Shown: piece after piece, positions 25,501 to 38,287 of the stretch
How the letters are laid out: every line of letters begins with the position of its first letter
How positions within the stretch are numbered: position 1 is the stretch's first letter
Translations under genes and position numbers: made by a program
Origin: Rhizophagus irregularis
Lineage: Eukaryota
DNA length: 64,000 nucleotides
Direction: 5' to 3'
Assembly (NCBI RefSeq): GCF_026210795.1
Contig: NC_089429.1
Location: 6,448,001-6,512,000 of the forward strand
Notes under the pieces: model-generated
Databases searched by the model: none
What the model saw: the letters and a program-made list of their open reading frames with translations, nothing else
What the model was told of the DNA's origin: nothing

Positions 25501-25740
25501 TAAAATACTTCTAATATATTAATTTACTTTAAATAAATATTAAACTAATACAAACAAATTTTTATGGTATTTGACTATATTCAAAATAAAAGATTTAGCT
25601 TTTCCATCAAATATATTCTTGCTTAATACTGTAATAGCTTAAAAGCTGCTTTTTTGAAAATTTGGAAAATTCATTATGATAAAAAAAATACATGCCACTA
25701 AGCCACTCAGCCACTGATGTGGCTATTACCATAATTAGCT
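22560..25740. other. Extremely AT-rich, CpG-depleted block; probable eroded transposon
   Basis: No ORF of 60 aa or more in any frame. By eye only about two CG dinucleotides (near 23289 and 24686) in ~3.2 kb, whereas the flanks have many. Confidence 0.7.
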
Positions 25741-27609
25741 ACTTCATTTGCGATCATACCCATATATGGTTAATATAATTAATTTTATTAAATTTTTTAA
25801 TCAGTTTTTTAAAGTTGATCTGTTTATTTCGAAATGTTAATAAACCGCGTTTACTCTACAAAATTGCTTTTATGAAACCTAGTAAAAAAACCTAAATTTC
25901 AATATTTTACGAAGAAATATAGGTATTTTTCATGTTTTAATAATATTTCAGCGTTTTTATATGTAACTCTTGTAATTTTTAATTAGGCGTTGATAATGTT
26001 AAAAATAATTTATATTATAATTATAATTTCAATTTGTAACTTGTATAATCAGTAAAATTCTTTACAACTGGTTTCCATTTTTTGTATTCTGTTTAATTGA
26101 CTCTGCTAATGCATTCTTTTTTTACGTAGTGGATCTATATTTCTATATTTTCAAGATCTTTTTGATTTTTTACCTTGAGTTTTGTATAGACGTTACTTGC
26201 ACTTTTATTCATTTATTATTTCCAATCTTGAATATTTGTATTTCTAGCTTTTGATAATTTATATGCTAATAAAAACCTTTTAACCCAGTTCGAAAGTTTG
26301 GATCTCCATTTTTAATATATTATATCTTTTAATAAGTGCATCAGGATTATCATCATCAGATGACGAAAAAAATTTTAACTTGATTCTGAGATCGTGAATA
26401 CTGAATACACTTATACACACACTGTTTTTATTACAAAATCTTATATTTAACTGGTTAAGTTACGGTTACCATTATTTACTCATTAATTTATCCGATTATG
26501 TTTAACCGATTACAAAATTTTAACGATATTTAGAACTGAGTTTCGGGTCGAATTAATTTTATTTTATTTTAAAAAATACCTATCATCTTTTGATACTAGT
26601 GAAGAACTAATTAATAATAATAAACTTTCAACTTTTCGCACAGATTCATGAATATACATTGATAATAAAAATTAAAACAATAAATTAGAAAGATTATTAT
26701 TATATATATATATAATTATTGTACCTTGCTCATAATTCCCATCACAATCATCGTCAATAATTAGAACTAACTTTATCAAGTTTTGACAACTTTTTAGTAA
26801 TTTTTCAAATTCAACAAAGATGAACCTTTGTTGATGGTACCTGCATTTTCAATTTCCTCAATAATATTTGCTTTTTACCGGAAAATGAGCGATAATGCCT
26901 CAATTAGTGGGCATTTTTTACACACACTACTAATTAATAGCAGGGTATTTTTGGTGAAGTTTTCATCATCCATTATAAAATTTAATTATAAAATCCATGC
27001 GTAAGATGTTGACTTCGAAGATTCTCTCTTGAAGATGATTTACACCAACTGTTCTAGCAGATAAACAATCGTAATTATTAATCTTATTATCAATAATAGA
27101 TTCGCTCTTCAAATAGATGTAGCCACTTTATTACCTATTTTCTCTCCCGTCTATTTCCTTCCAGATATCCCTCCAGCTTCTATTTTTTAGTAGTAGCTCA
27201 ATGAAATATGTACTTTCGATTTTGTTTACCAGAATATTCATTTGCACTACTCAATCCTCTTCTATCCTCATTTAATTACTCTTCTCTCTTTCCTTGCAAT
27301 CAAGTTTCTTCTCTCCCTTTTTCTTCATGCAACCACTTTACATCCCCATAAGCGTTCATTTCTTTATCATTCTTCGTCTTTTTTTAGTTTTTCTGCATCG
27401 AATGTCAAAACATGATTTAACAGATATATGTCTGCAAATATATTAAGGCGATCTTCACATTTCGCCGTCAAAGGGAACGCGGAACTGTTGTTTTCATTTT
27501 CTGTTTCTTCAAAATCTGTAATTTCATGATTACTTCCTCAACCAGAATCACATTATCATTATCGGTTATTTTTATAACTTTGTAATTTAAATTCGCTTAA
27601 TAAAATCCC

Positions 27610-28480
27610 CACTTTCCGTACTCGTCTAAAAAAAAAAGAAGAACGAAACGTTAGAGACTATTTCGTTAAAATAATATATTAAAATTACTGTGTTCCCACC
27701 TAGATCCAAATTTCTGAATTTCCACTGAAATCCACGTCCCAGATCTGACTAAAATGAAAAAGTTGAAATGTCAGATTCGTTAAAATTAACAAAATTAAAA
27801 AAATATCTTCCGATTTCTCACCAAGAAAAACCTTTGATTTCCTACTGAATTACTGAATTCACACATCCATACTCATCTAAAAAAAAAAAGAAAAGAACGA
27901 AATGTTAGAAACATTTCGTTAAATGAAAAAAAATTAAAAAACATATTCGTTTTCCCACCGAAATCCACATTTTACCGTCTAAAAAAAAAGAAATTTTCCG
28001 AATTTTATAAGTTCAGGCCTATTTAAAATTAAAAAAAAAAGAATTTGAATGTTAACAAGTATTTTCAATAAAATAGGTCTTTTTTGGAATATAAACATTT
28101 TCATTTTTTTTTTTCATAACAATTGTTTTAATCGTTATAATTTCAATAAGGAGTAGCGTTTAAAACAGAAAAAAAAACTTACCGAAAGTGAAGTTCCGTG
28201 CATCCAAAGATCCCAGAGTGCAGTGCTTGCTGTTTGAGAAAAAAAGAAAAGAGCAAAACGTTAGTAAGCGTTTCATTAGAGAAATTTTAAAGAAAATTTC
28301 TGGAATCCCTACCAAAATTCAGCACGTCCAAGGACTTGGCTGCTTATAAAAAAAGAGAGAAAATCGAAACGTTAGCAAAATGTTTCGCTAAAAGAAAGAA
28401 ATTACGTTTTTTTTTCAGAAGCCCTTACCGAAAAAAAGAAAAAAATCGAAACGCTAGAAACATTTCGTTTAAGATTTTTT
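27610..28480 (-). repeat. Tandem array of similar intron-like units separated by micro-exons
   Basis: Minus-strand GT...CT(A/G)AC...poly-T...AG units at 27626-27699, 27749-27821, 27877-27958, 28230-28312 and 28340-28428, plus partial units. Confidence 0.75.
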
Positions 28481-28489
28481 CAACAAGAG

Positions 28490-28650
28490 AAGCGGGAAAG
28501 GGGAAAGAAAAGAGAAGGGAAATGTAAAAGTAAGAGAAAAGGGAAGGGAAGGAAAAGGAAAGAATGAGGGAGAGATGAAGGAAGGTACAAAGGGAAGTGA
28601 AAGGGCAAACGAAAGAAAAGGGAAGAATGAAAAAAAAGTAAAAAAAAAAA
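28490..28650. repeat. Purine-rich (gggaa/gaaaa) low-complexity tract
   Basis: Direct reading; similar tracts at 37020-37145 (pyrimidine on +) and 63415-63497. Confidence 0.85.
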
Positions 28651-30027
28651 AAGTTTTTAGTTAGTTGCAGATTATATCACGTGAATCATATGATACTTGA
28701 AAACAGCCACCCAAATATATTTTGGAATTTATAATTAACATCTTAAAGAGATGGCTCAGCAGGATCTTATGGTCTTCACAATCAATTTTTTTATTTTTGT
28801 TGTTAATAATTCTAATGGCTATATTGGCTAGTAAATTAACCAGGTAATAAACTAATAATCTCTAAGCCAAAATACAATTATATTTTTATGCGATTACTTT
28901 ATTTACACACTTTTCCGTAGGAGATAAATAAACGCATTTTTATAAAAAAAATCTTTTATTAATAAAATTTTGAAACATATTTTATTTTACATCCAAATCG
29001 AATCGTATGGTAAATGATCCTTGAACGAATATCGCGCATACGCTTGTTCATTAGTTGATACATTAAAGTTTTCAAAAAAGAAAAATGAGAATTTAACATC
29101 TGGGATTTCCACTAATTAATGATTATTTTAGCTTAAAAAAAATTTTATATAAATTTTATTCTGTGAATAGATATACAGTATATTCTTTTCTGTTAATATC
29201 GTGTGATAAAGAAGTAATAAAATAAAGTCAAATGATATGTTGAGCGAGGAATCTGAAAAATGTTGTGGTTGCAAGAATATTAAAATTTCTTAAAAATCAA
29301 ATAGATGTTCTAACATGAAACTTCAGATTGTTCAGAATTTATAGAAATTATTAAACAATTTAGAATGACAAGTGTTAATGTAAGATTTCTCCATTTTTTG
29401 CAATGGGAAAGAATTTTTTCTTATACAAATTAAACATATGACTGTATGATAGCCATTACTAAAATGATCTTAACTTTCACACTGATATATGAACATATTT
29501 GGATATCTTTGTTTCTTTTATCTGTTCGAAAATCAATCTTCCACTGCTCAAGTGCGCGTTTAAGGCTTAACAACAATATCGGTCGATATAAGATCAAAAT
29601 ACAAGCAAAATACAAACGTACAAATAACATTAAGGTAATGGAACAAAAGATTTGAGATTTGTGATGGTTATAGAAAATTGTGGGATTAAAGATATTTTTT
29701 ATTATATACAGGATTACGCGTGACTATCAATAGTACAATTATGCAGAATTGAATAAAGATGTTAAAATCTTTAGATTTAAGATTTCTTTCGTATAATAAA
29801 ATGTAAATAATTTAAGATTATATGGTGGACATCTCAATATTTGTATAAGATGTTCAATTATTAGAATAAATTACGACAAAGTATTATACCGCGTCGGAGC
29901 GTCCTCCCCCTTATAACCAAAACATTACTTACAATAAATCTAAAAATAGATCACACATCATTAATGAATGTAATATTTAATTAATAATATTATATATGTC
30001 AAATTAATTTATAAAATAAATAATATA

Positions 30028-30216
30028 CCGTAAAGTCCCGATTATAAGCACCCCCGAATATAAGCACCCCAGATTTTTATATTACCCGAAAGTAAGCACC
30101 CTTGACCAACACTATGATAATTTTGGCCAATACTACAATATACCAAATATATAAATTTACCCAAATATAAGCACCCCTATAACAAAAAAAGGTTGCTTAT
30201 ATTCGGGACTTTACGG
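30028..30216. mobile_element. Tc1/mariner-pogo type MITE (189 bp), TA TSD
   Basis: ta|ccgtaaagtcccgattataagca ... tgcttatattcgggactttacgg|ta; internal taagcaccc repeats. Confidence 0.92.
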
Positions 30217-30249
30217 TATTACATACTTACACTATTTACATTTACGGAA

Positions 30250-30730
30250 GTAAGTATTCAAAAAAATTTACACACGGAGAAATATTATATAAGATATCTC
30301 CAATTATTTCTGCTGGATTTTTTTTCAGCTCCATGGGCTATTAATCTATAGGCCATCCAAATTTTGTGTTTGGGATTACATACATACATGAATAGAAGTT
30401 TTATTGCAATCATGAATAAAATGTGCGTTATTAACCAAGTTTAATCTGATTAGTCTCTTCAAACCATTTCACAACAATAAATGCATAAAATTTATCATCA
30501 TTGCCTTGATGACTAAAAATTGCTTCAATAATAGCATTACTTTCATTATAATCTTGTATTGCATCATAACAAACATCTCCGATATGCAGGTGATTTTTGG
30601 TGAAAGTGCCATGTTCATCTTCGTAAAGATATGTTGCAAGCTCATAAATAAAAATTTTTTGTATATCAAAGCTGCATTATAACCCATATTTGTCATTAAT
30701 TCAGATCGGGTTATGTGTCCAGTTTCTATC
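30250..30730 (-). pseudogene. Relic of a BAH-like C-terminal transposase domain (CMC/Plavaka-type DNA transposon)
   Basis: A frame not listed in the ORF track reads HLHIGDVCYDAIQDYNESNAIIEAIFSHQGNDDKFYAFIVVKWFEE, then after a shift AHFIHDC. This resembles the BAH pattern (GD...AII..IF...V.WF) found at the end of fungal CACTA-like transposases. Confidence 0.55.
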
Positions 30731-30952
30731 TGGATTACTCGACTCGGATATATTGGATTATTTAATTTTTTTTTTTAGAGACTTTAGATCGAAGTCGCAC
30801 GTTGTTTATTAAACTTTATTATCAATATACTAATTATAAATAAAAAGTGATGCATGATGAATTCAAAGTAAAATACACTGCCCAAGACTAATCTACAGAC
30901 CAACCCCGTGTCAAGAGCTTGCTACAAGACTCTTATAATGAAATGATATATA

Positions 30953-31189
30953 CCGCATCCCCCAAAGTTAGTACCCCCACGTTATAAGACCCGGGTATTT
31001 TACTGATATAAAATTTTTACTCTCAATTAGTACCCCTCCCCTAATTCTGGTAACTTTAGCTTAATTCCGGTTAAAATTATTATGTACCCCCTCATATAAT
31101 ACCCGGTATCTCACAAAGTACCCACGGGTATTATATAATTTTTAAATCAGGTATTTTATATAATACCCGGGGTATTATGTGCAGTGCGG
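30953..31189. mobile_element. pogo-like MITE (237 bp), TA TSD, degenerate TIRs
   Basis: ta|ccgca ... tgcgg|ta; internal tagtaccc/taataccc and gggtatta repeats in inverted arrangement. Confidence 0.7.
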
Positions 31190-31429
31190 TACGGTAATAA
31201 AAGGATCTAAATAAGACATGTAGTTAACGTGTAGCGTAAAACCAAAATATACTCGCAACGAAATCGTTTTCTATAAAATCGTGATTAGAAATAAAAGAAA
31301 ATTATTGTCACTATAATTCCTATTACGATTTCTATATTCCCGTTTAAAATTCCTATTAGTATTATGATGCTTTTCTTTGGAAGTTGTTTATTACAACGTG
31401 GTTTCCAGATTTTCTCAATCATTCTCGAT

Positions 31430-33290
31430 ATACATAATATTGTAAATCTTGTACGATTCCTGTACGATCCTTCTTGTTAAATTAAAGTGACGACAAAAAT
31501 TGAGATAAAGATAAAGGAACAAAACCTTTGACCAAATCAATAAATGTCAAATCAGAATCATCTTGAGGTAAGATCCATAAATCGGAAATCTGCGATATCG
31601 TGTCGAGTAAGACTCTACTTTGATTATCAGCTAGTTTGTTATTGATACATTCAAGCAATACCTATTGTAACATGAGCGTGATCAGTACAAGACCAAATAT
31701 GATTAAAGGTTCCGATATTAGTTAGATTCACAAGAAGGCATTGGTCATAAATGTCTAAGAAGGTTTTCTTCATCTGTTCAATTGTAGGAAGTTCTTCAAT
31801 TTTTGAGCTTTGAGAGCGGAAGCTTGAAAAGATGTAGTGTTAGAAGATTCATCACATGATAAAAGGAAAAAAGTCGATTCCCATTCCACATTATTTCTAC
31901 GATATTTCGTATTGCGCGATAAATTGAAAAAGGATTTAAAACCTTTCACAAGCGAAGTCTGCGCAATAAATTTTCGTGAATCCCATACATACTTTATGTT
32001 GATTAAATGTAGCGTCGCTAACGTAACAATTGAGGCATCGTTATCATTATGAGTATCAGATATCTTTTGATCAATAAAATTATTCCATGTGTTTTGACGT
32101 GAAATAACTTGACAATTAAACGTATAATTTCATTGACAATATTCCATACCAATAAATTATTTTGTTGTTTAAAAATGGTACGAATATGTGGTAGTCCCAC
32201 GTATCAATAATAATATTTTTGCTGTCAGTAAAAATCGTAACATTAGCAAATTCTGGTGAGACGATTAAAGCAGATAATATCGCCATGATGGATTCAGCCC
32301 GATATGAAGACGGCCAATGTTGACAAGTGGAAGTGAATAAAACTTTAGGCGAAGATTCACAGGCTTGTGCAAGCCAAAGCTCATAGAACATGATTCCTTT
32401 CCCACGTCGATGAGAGATTCATCAGCAATTCACCTTTGATGCGTAAGGGATCAGCAGTACGGGAAGAGGTATTATCCAGATATTGATCAACGAGAGTGTC
32501 GGCGAATTAAGTAAGTCTTCATTAATTAATGGATGAAATTCAGAGCCATATCGGTTAAAATGGAATAAAAAATTATGCTTGTTGATAATAATCCAGAAGA
32601 TTACAAGTTGTAGTCGGTTGTGTTTTCACATTGGTAAAAGTGGCAATCGGAAAACGAAATTAAATCTTTGCATGGGAGAATAAATTGACAATTGCCTTGT
32701 TGATGGTTGTTAAAAATACATCCATTACAAAACGATGCGTATGTAGAAGAAGGGAAAGGGGTAGCGATAGAAATACCTTTAAAATTAGTAGCACTAGCAG
32801 AAATAAATTCAGATCGAAGGATATACGAATTAGGGGTAGTAATACGGCTAGCCAACAAAGCAAACCATTTAGGTACAGTAGGAGGTGAAATTATATTAGA
32901 AAATGGACGACTTTCCATTGAATAAGTTGAGTGCCATCCAAATTAGAAAGTTGTATCAAAGATCGTTGTCGCAGATGATTCAAATCTTTCAACGGGAAAT
33001 CCGAACCAAGAATAGAACGTAATTCAATGTTACCTCTCAAGACGCGATTCTATATAATTATGTTTTTAATTGGCAAAATATTTTGATAAAAACCTATAAT
33101 TTTTAATTTTGACGGTCATGAAAGATGACAAAGGCGCAGCCGTTTGGACAACTTTAGTCACGTGATCTTATAGGATTTTTCTTTCTGGATCCTGGGGATA
33201 AGTTTCCTGAATCGCAAGTAAGATTTCACTTTTTTCTTTTCTGGTACCGGAGGTTTTCGAAACGTCGGGTAACCATATTTGATAAATATT
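31430..33290 (-). mobile_element. Decayed non-LTR retrotransposon 3' part with RNase H
   Basis: 32116-32391 reads WPSSYRAESIMAILSALIVSPEFANVTIFTDSKNII (RNase H AE and TDS motifs). Upstream PKWF-type linker at 32601-32918; fragmented. Confidence 0.8.
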
Positions 33291-33425
33291 TCTTGGTTGA
33301 GAACTAACAAGTCAAAATCCCGAAGAATTAAAAGATTTATAATTATTATAATTAGTTTAATATTAACAATATATATTTTTTTGTATAAAAGGTAAATAAA
33401 ATATTTTTCAACAAAGAGACGTAAT

Positions 33426-34069
33426 TAGTGCTCCTACCGGGTCAAGTCGGGTCGGGTTTTGAGAATATATTCGACCCGACCTGAAGTGAAAAAGGAGGGA
33501 CTCGTATATGTTCAGGTCACACAATTTTATAACCCGAAATCGACTTGACCCGAGTGTAGTTTAACCCGTATAACCCGGGTTCAAACTCGAATTTTTGGTT
33601 AACCAATAATAAGAAAAATTGACCTACAAGATAATGACAATGATCATCATGTAGGTTGCACAACTTTTATCTATCGTATTTAAAGTTATATATTATTCAA
33701 TTACATTTAATTTTAAACTTAAAAGAATTTACATTACATATGTATAATTAACTATTTAATTAAGATTAGAATTAAAATTCAAAATTTTATTAAATACATC
33801 AATAGAAACTCAATAATACCTTTATTTCTGCCAGAATTTCAAGCACATGCTCTAATTGTTTTAATAAAGGTGCGAAAAAAAAAGATTTGGATAATCAAAT
33901 GATTATTCGGGTTAAAACCCGGGTCAAGGAAATATATGACCCGACCCGTCGGGTCGGGTCATGCGGGTCATGCGGGTCACGAGTCACTCAAAATTACAAG
34001 TATCGACCCGATTTAAAAGTCGAGTCGGGTCAAAATAACCCGGGTTAACTCGGATTATTCGGAGCACTA
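33426..34069. mobile_element. hAT-type MITE (644 bp)
   Basis: TIRs tagtgctcc / ggagcacta; perfect 8-bp TSD gacgtaat at 33418-33425 and 34070-34077; subterminal cgggt/acccg clusters at both ends. Confidence 0.93.
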
Positions 34070-37000
34070 GACGTAATACGATCACGTGATATAGCTGATT
34101 ACGAAATTTTACGTAATTAAAACGCAGTGCGTCGTTGATATTTTATTGGAAGATCACATGTGTTGTACTTCATGATGGCACAGAACAGCAAAAAGAAAAT
34201 AGTATAGAATTTCGGTCATGCAAATTTGTGCGACAAATTTGCAATCAATATTTTTCCGAATGAATTTTTGAATAAGAGAAAATAGAAATAAAAAAAAATC
34301 AAAAATATTCATAAAAAATTACTTACATAATATATAATTTATATTTTAAGATGAATAAATATCGAAAAAAAAATTATTTTTTTAAAAACTCATTTTTAAA
34401 TATTTCACGTTAAGAAAAAAAAATACCACCAAATTTTGACAAAAAAAAAAAAAATTGGAATTTTCTTTTTTTCTTTTGTGCTTGTTACTTTGTCTAATTT
34501 GTTTATATTGATTATGGTTTAATTGTCATGATGCATGTAAAAATGAATAAATCGAATTCTGCAACAATCTTTCCTTTTTAAAAAAAACTATTGATATAAT
34601 TTTGATAAGTCCTTCCGTACAAATTCCGAATATAAATATAAATAAAAATTTATTAAATTTATTAGTCTGTAATACTTTAATTGCATATCTTTTATATCTT
34701 TTTAAACAAGTTTTTTTTTAAGACTCAATTTGGTTTATTATCAAATATAATATGCATAATTTTTTTTTTTTTACATCGGCCATTCAAAAGTTTTTTAAAG
34801 TCAGTTGAAAAAAAAAGATAAGGATGATATTACCAATAAAAATCATATTACTAGATTGTAAAACAATAAAAAAAACATACTTTACTTATTTTGGTACAAT
34901 TCAAATTTTTTGTTATCAATCACTTTTTCTAATTAATAATTGATTCATTACGTGAGAAAGATCTTTGATTCTTTTTTTTTTTAAGAAGAATTCTGTAAAT
35001 CATGTAACAATTGTAACATTACCTTATCTTTATCAAAAATTGGCGTTTTCCGTCATTCGAGAACGTGTTTACCAATAAAAATAAAATAAAATAAAATTAA
35101 AATAAAAAAGATAAAAAAGATAAAAGATAAAAAAAAAAAAAAAAAAAAATTTTTAAAGTTACTCCTATCGCATTGATCATTATTTGATGCCATTTAAATT
35201 ACTCATTTGTATTACCGTTATTTATTAAAATTATTTACGTTCTTTCACATTAAAAAAACAATTTATTATATTATAACAAATAAAATTTATATTTATTTTA
35301 TATAATTATTGACTTGAAATCAATTATAAACATAAAATGAATAAAAATATTTATAAAAAAAAGACAATTATTAAGGAATTCTATTGAATATTAAAGAATA
35401 TTTGATTTTTTTTTCAAAAAAAAAAAAAAAAAAAAAATTTCTTTTGTTCTCTTTCGATTGCCTTTTAAAGAAATTTTTTGTGTCACGAAACAAGTATCAT
35501 GTTATACAATGAAACATCTAAATGGAATTGATTGGATCACTACTGCGGTGATTGAAGATCATTCCAAAAAAATCCAGCCGATGTTTCCAGATTAGGATTA
35601 GTTTTATAAAACATCAATTTATCCATATATGATTTTAAATAAATATAACAAAATTTATCCTATTCATTGAAGTTATTAAGTATTATTTTATTCGCAATGC
35701 AATCTTCAGCCACAAAAACGTAAATAAAAAATGTAAATAAATAAACAGGATATTTTTTTTTTATTCCCACCCATGATTAGTAAATAAACCTTAAGCGTCC
35801 CAATTAAAAAAGGAAAATACGTACCTAATTGGTTTATTTTATGAAAAAGAAAAAATTAATAATTTATTACTTCTTATTAATAAAATAAATATTCAATCAT
35901 AAATTAGTAATAACGCGAACTTTAATCTTCGTGATACATTAATTGCAGTTTAATCCATTATAGGTTCTAATGACTTTGATTGTCCTATCTTGATAAAATA
36001 ATTTCTTTGGTAAGATATTCACGGAATGTAAAAGAAAAAAAATGAAAAAATATTCGTAATACAATTGGATACATTACCTGCAATTTTTTGATAATAATGA
36101 CACTATTTCGCATTCCCTTATCTCTTCTTATCTTTTTTATTAACCAAATTTATCATTTCATTAGATGTTTACAGGAGAAAAATTGTTTCATATTAATTCA
36201 TTCAATGATAAAATTGTTAAGTTATTGTTGTAATCCTATAATACTCTATAATAGATGAAATATTCTAAGTATTTATCTATTGAAATAGTTATAGTAAATA
36301 GGCCTTATAAAAAGTCTAAGATATTTTTTCTCAAAAAATTCAAAATTCGAAAAATCAAAAATATAATTGAAACAAAAATTATTATACAAATATAAAATTA
36401 TTTTCGCCCTAATTAATTTCTAAAATCATTAAATTTCAATAATATGATAATACTTTTTATAATACGCCTCTCCAGAGTTCTTTATTCTTTAAACTCTAAT
36501 ATTCTTAAACCATTTAAATTAAAATCAACCTTATATTAGATGGAAAAAAAATATAGAATTTTGGAACTAATACTGCCAAATTGTTTCTCTGAGTGGATGT
36601 CCACCAATGGCTATATATATTCAGAGAAACAATTTGGCAGGAAATCATCGCGCTGCTTCTGGAGTTACGAAGCAAATATTTGCTTATTAAAATATTTGGA
36701 ACGAAATAAAAACAAAATTAGACACCTTAATGACTATAGTCGTTTTTCGGTGAATGACTAGTCGTTTTTCGGTCATTCACCGAAAAACGATAAGCAACAA
36801 TATAATGTAAGTTATTTCTTTGTTTTTAAAAAATGTATATTTATAAAAATGAAAATTTTTTGATTTCTGATGGGCCAATCGTTTTATTTAGAAGGGTATT
36901 TCTAATGGACAGTACAAAGTCCATAATAAAAAGCATTCTTGGCTTGTAGCATGTCTTTAAATTGCCATGAGTGTTGCGGGCCAAACTAATTTTTGAATTT

Positions 37001-37853
37001 GGCAAAATGTCTAATTTTCGTTTTCACCTTTCCCTTTCGTTTTCCCGTTCCCTTTCGTTTTCTCCTTTCGTTTTCCCGTTCCCTTTCATTTTCCCGTTCC
37101 CTTTCGTTTTCCCCGTTCCCTTTCCCTTTCGTTTCCCCGTTCCTTTAAACTTCAGTTTCAACAATTTTTTTATTATAGTTTCGTAATTACATATAATTTT
37201 ATAGTTAGATTTTACCAATTTATTATTAAGTTTTTAGTATATAGTTTGTTTTTTTTTTATTGTCAAAAAACAGCATTGTTCCTATTATAATAAATAATTG
37301 ATAGTTAATATTGTTTCCTTCATCTGATTAAAGTTATATTATTTTTTGCCATAATTGAATACGTTGTTCTTTCAAAATACTGATTTTTACAAATAAATTA
37401 TATTTTTGACGCATTACGATATTTAGATTAAATATCACCTATATAAAATTTTACAGGTAAAATAAATGCTATATGTTAATAGCTTATTGAGTTTATGAAA
37501 CAATGAATGCATGATCTTGGACGTCTGCGCAGTTCGGTGATTGGGAATCAAATTTGATCGGTCAATAAAAATGCTCGGGCACGTGATTTTGTGTGTTGGC
37601 TCAAATGATGCTTTGCCACAAAATATTTTTTTTTTTTGTGTAAAAACGGAATTCTCTTTATTGACTATTTCAAAGCTGGAAATGAAGGTCACGTGATTTT
37701 TTCGTGTCTTTTGATGGGTTGACCATATCTTTCATATACATCAATTGAAAAAGCAATTCTCAAAAAATCCATAACTTCCGTTGAAATAGGCAGCGCCGGA
37801 CAAAATAACTTTAACTCTACCACCAAGTCTAGTTCTAATTGGAGCGAAAAGTA

Positions 37854-38039
37854 CAGTTCACCCTCGCTATAGTGAATTTTTATACAGTGAATAATTTGCT
37901 ATAGTAAAGAAAAGCTCAGGTACGGATTTTCTATATAAATAATAATTCTTAATACAGTTCACCTTCGCTATAGTGAATCCCTTACTATAGTGAATCTTAA
38001 CCTTCAGCCCATGAGCTTCACTATAGCGAGGGTGAACTG
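37854..38039. mobile_element. Tigger/pogo-like MITE (186 bp), TA TSD
   Basis: ta|cagttcaccctcgctatagtgaa ... ttcactatagcgagggtgaactg|ta (perfect 23-bp TIR); an extra internal copy of the TIR at ~37954. Confidence 0.95.
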
Positions 38040-38053
38040 TACACGGTCCCACA

Positions 38054-38287
38054 AGGACCCAGAAATATATATATAGGGGTCAGGTGATGAAAAAAATTTT
38101 TTACTATGAGCTGTACGCATTTTTTCAGGGCCGGAATTATGATAATGCCAGTCGGTTACTATAATAGGAAATAAAAGTCTGACTGGCATTATCAAAAATT
38201 ATCTAAAAAAGGAAAGATTTTCATGACTTTTTTAGTTCAAAATACGCAAACTCAAACCTGACCCTTTTATATATATTTCTGGGTCCT
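38054..38287. mobile_element. 234-bp MITE with AGGACCC termini and 8-bp TSD, superfamily uncertain
   Basis: TIRs aggacccagaaatatatata / tatatatttctgggtcct; perfect TSD gtcccaca at 38046-38053 and 38288-38295. Confidence 0.9.

Noticed and set aside
26000..27550. Possible RING-finger-like relic (CRHISVKSC) on the minus strand downstream of the micro-exon array
   Set aside because: Too degraded; the Cys/His spacing cannot be completed in one frame.
36971..37218. ORFs with FPFPF / KGKGK repeats (also 28336-28527 and 63414-63602)
   Set aside because: Translations of low-complexity purine/pyrimidine tracts.
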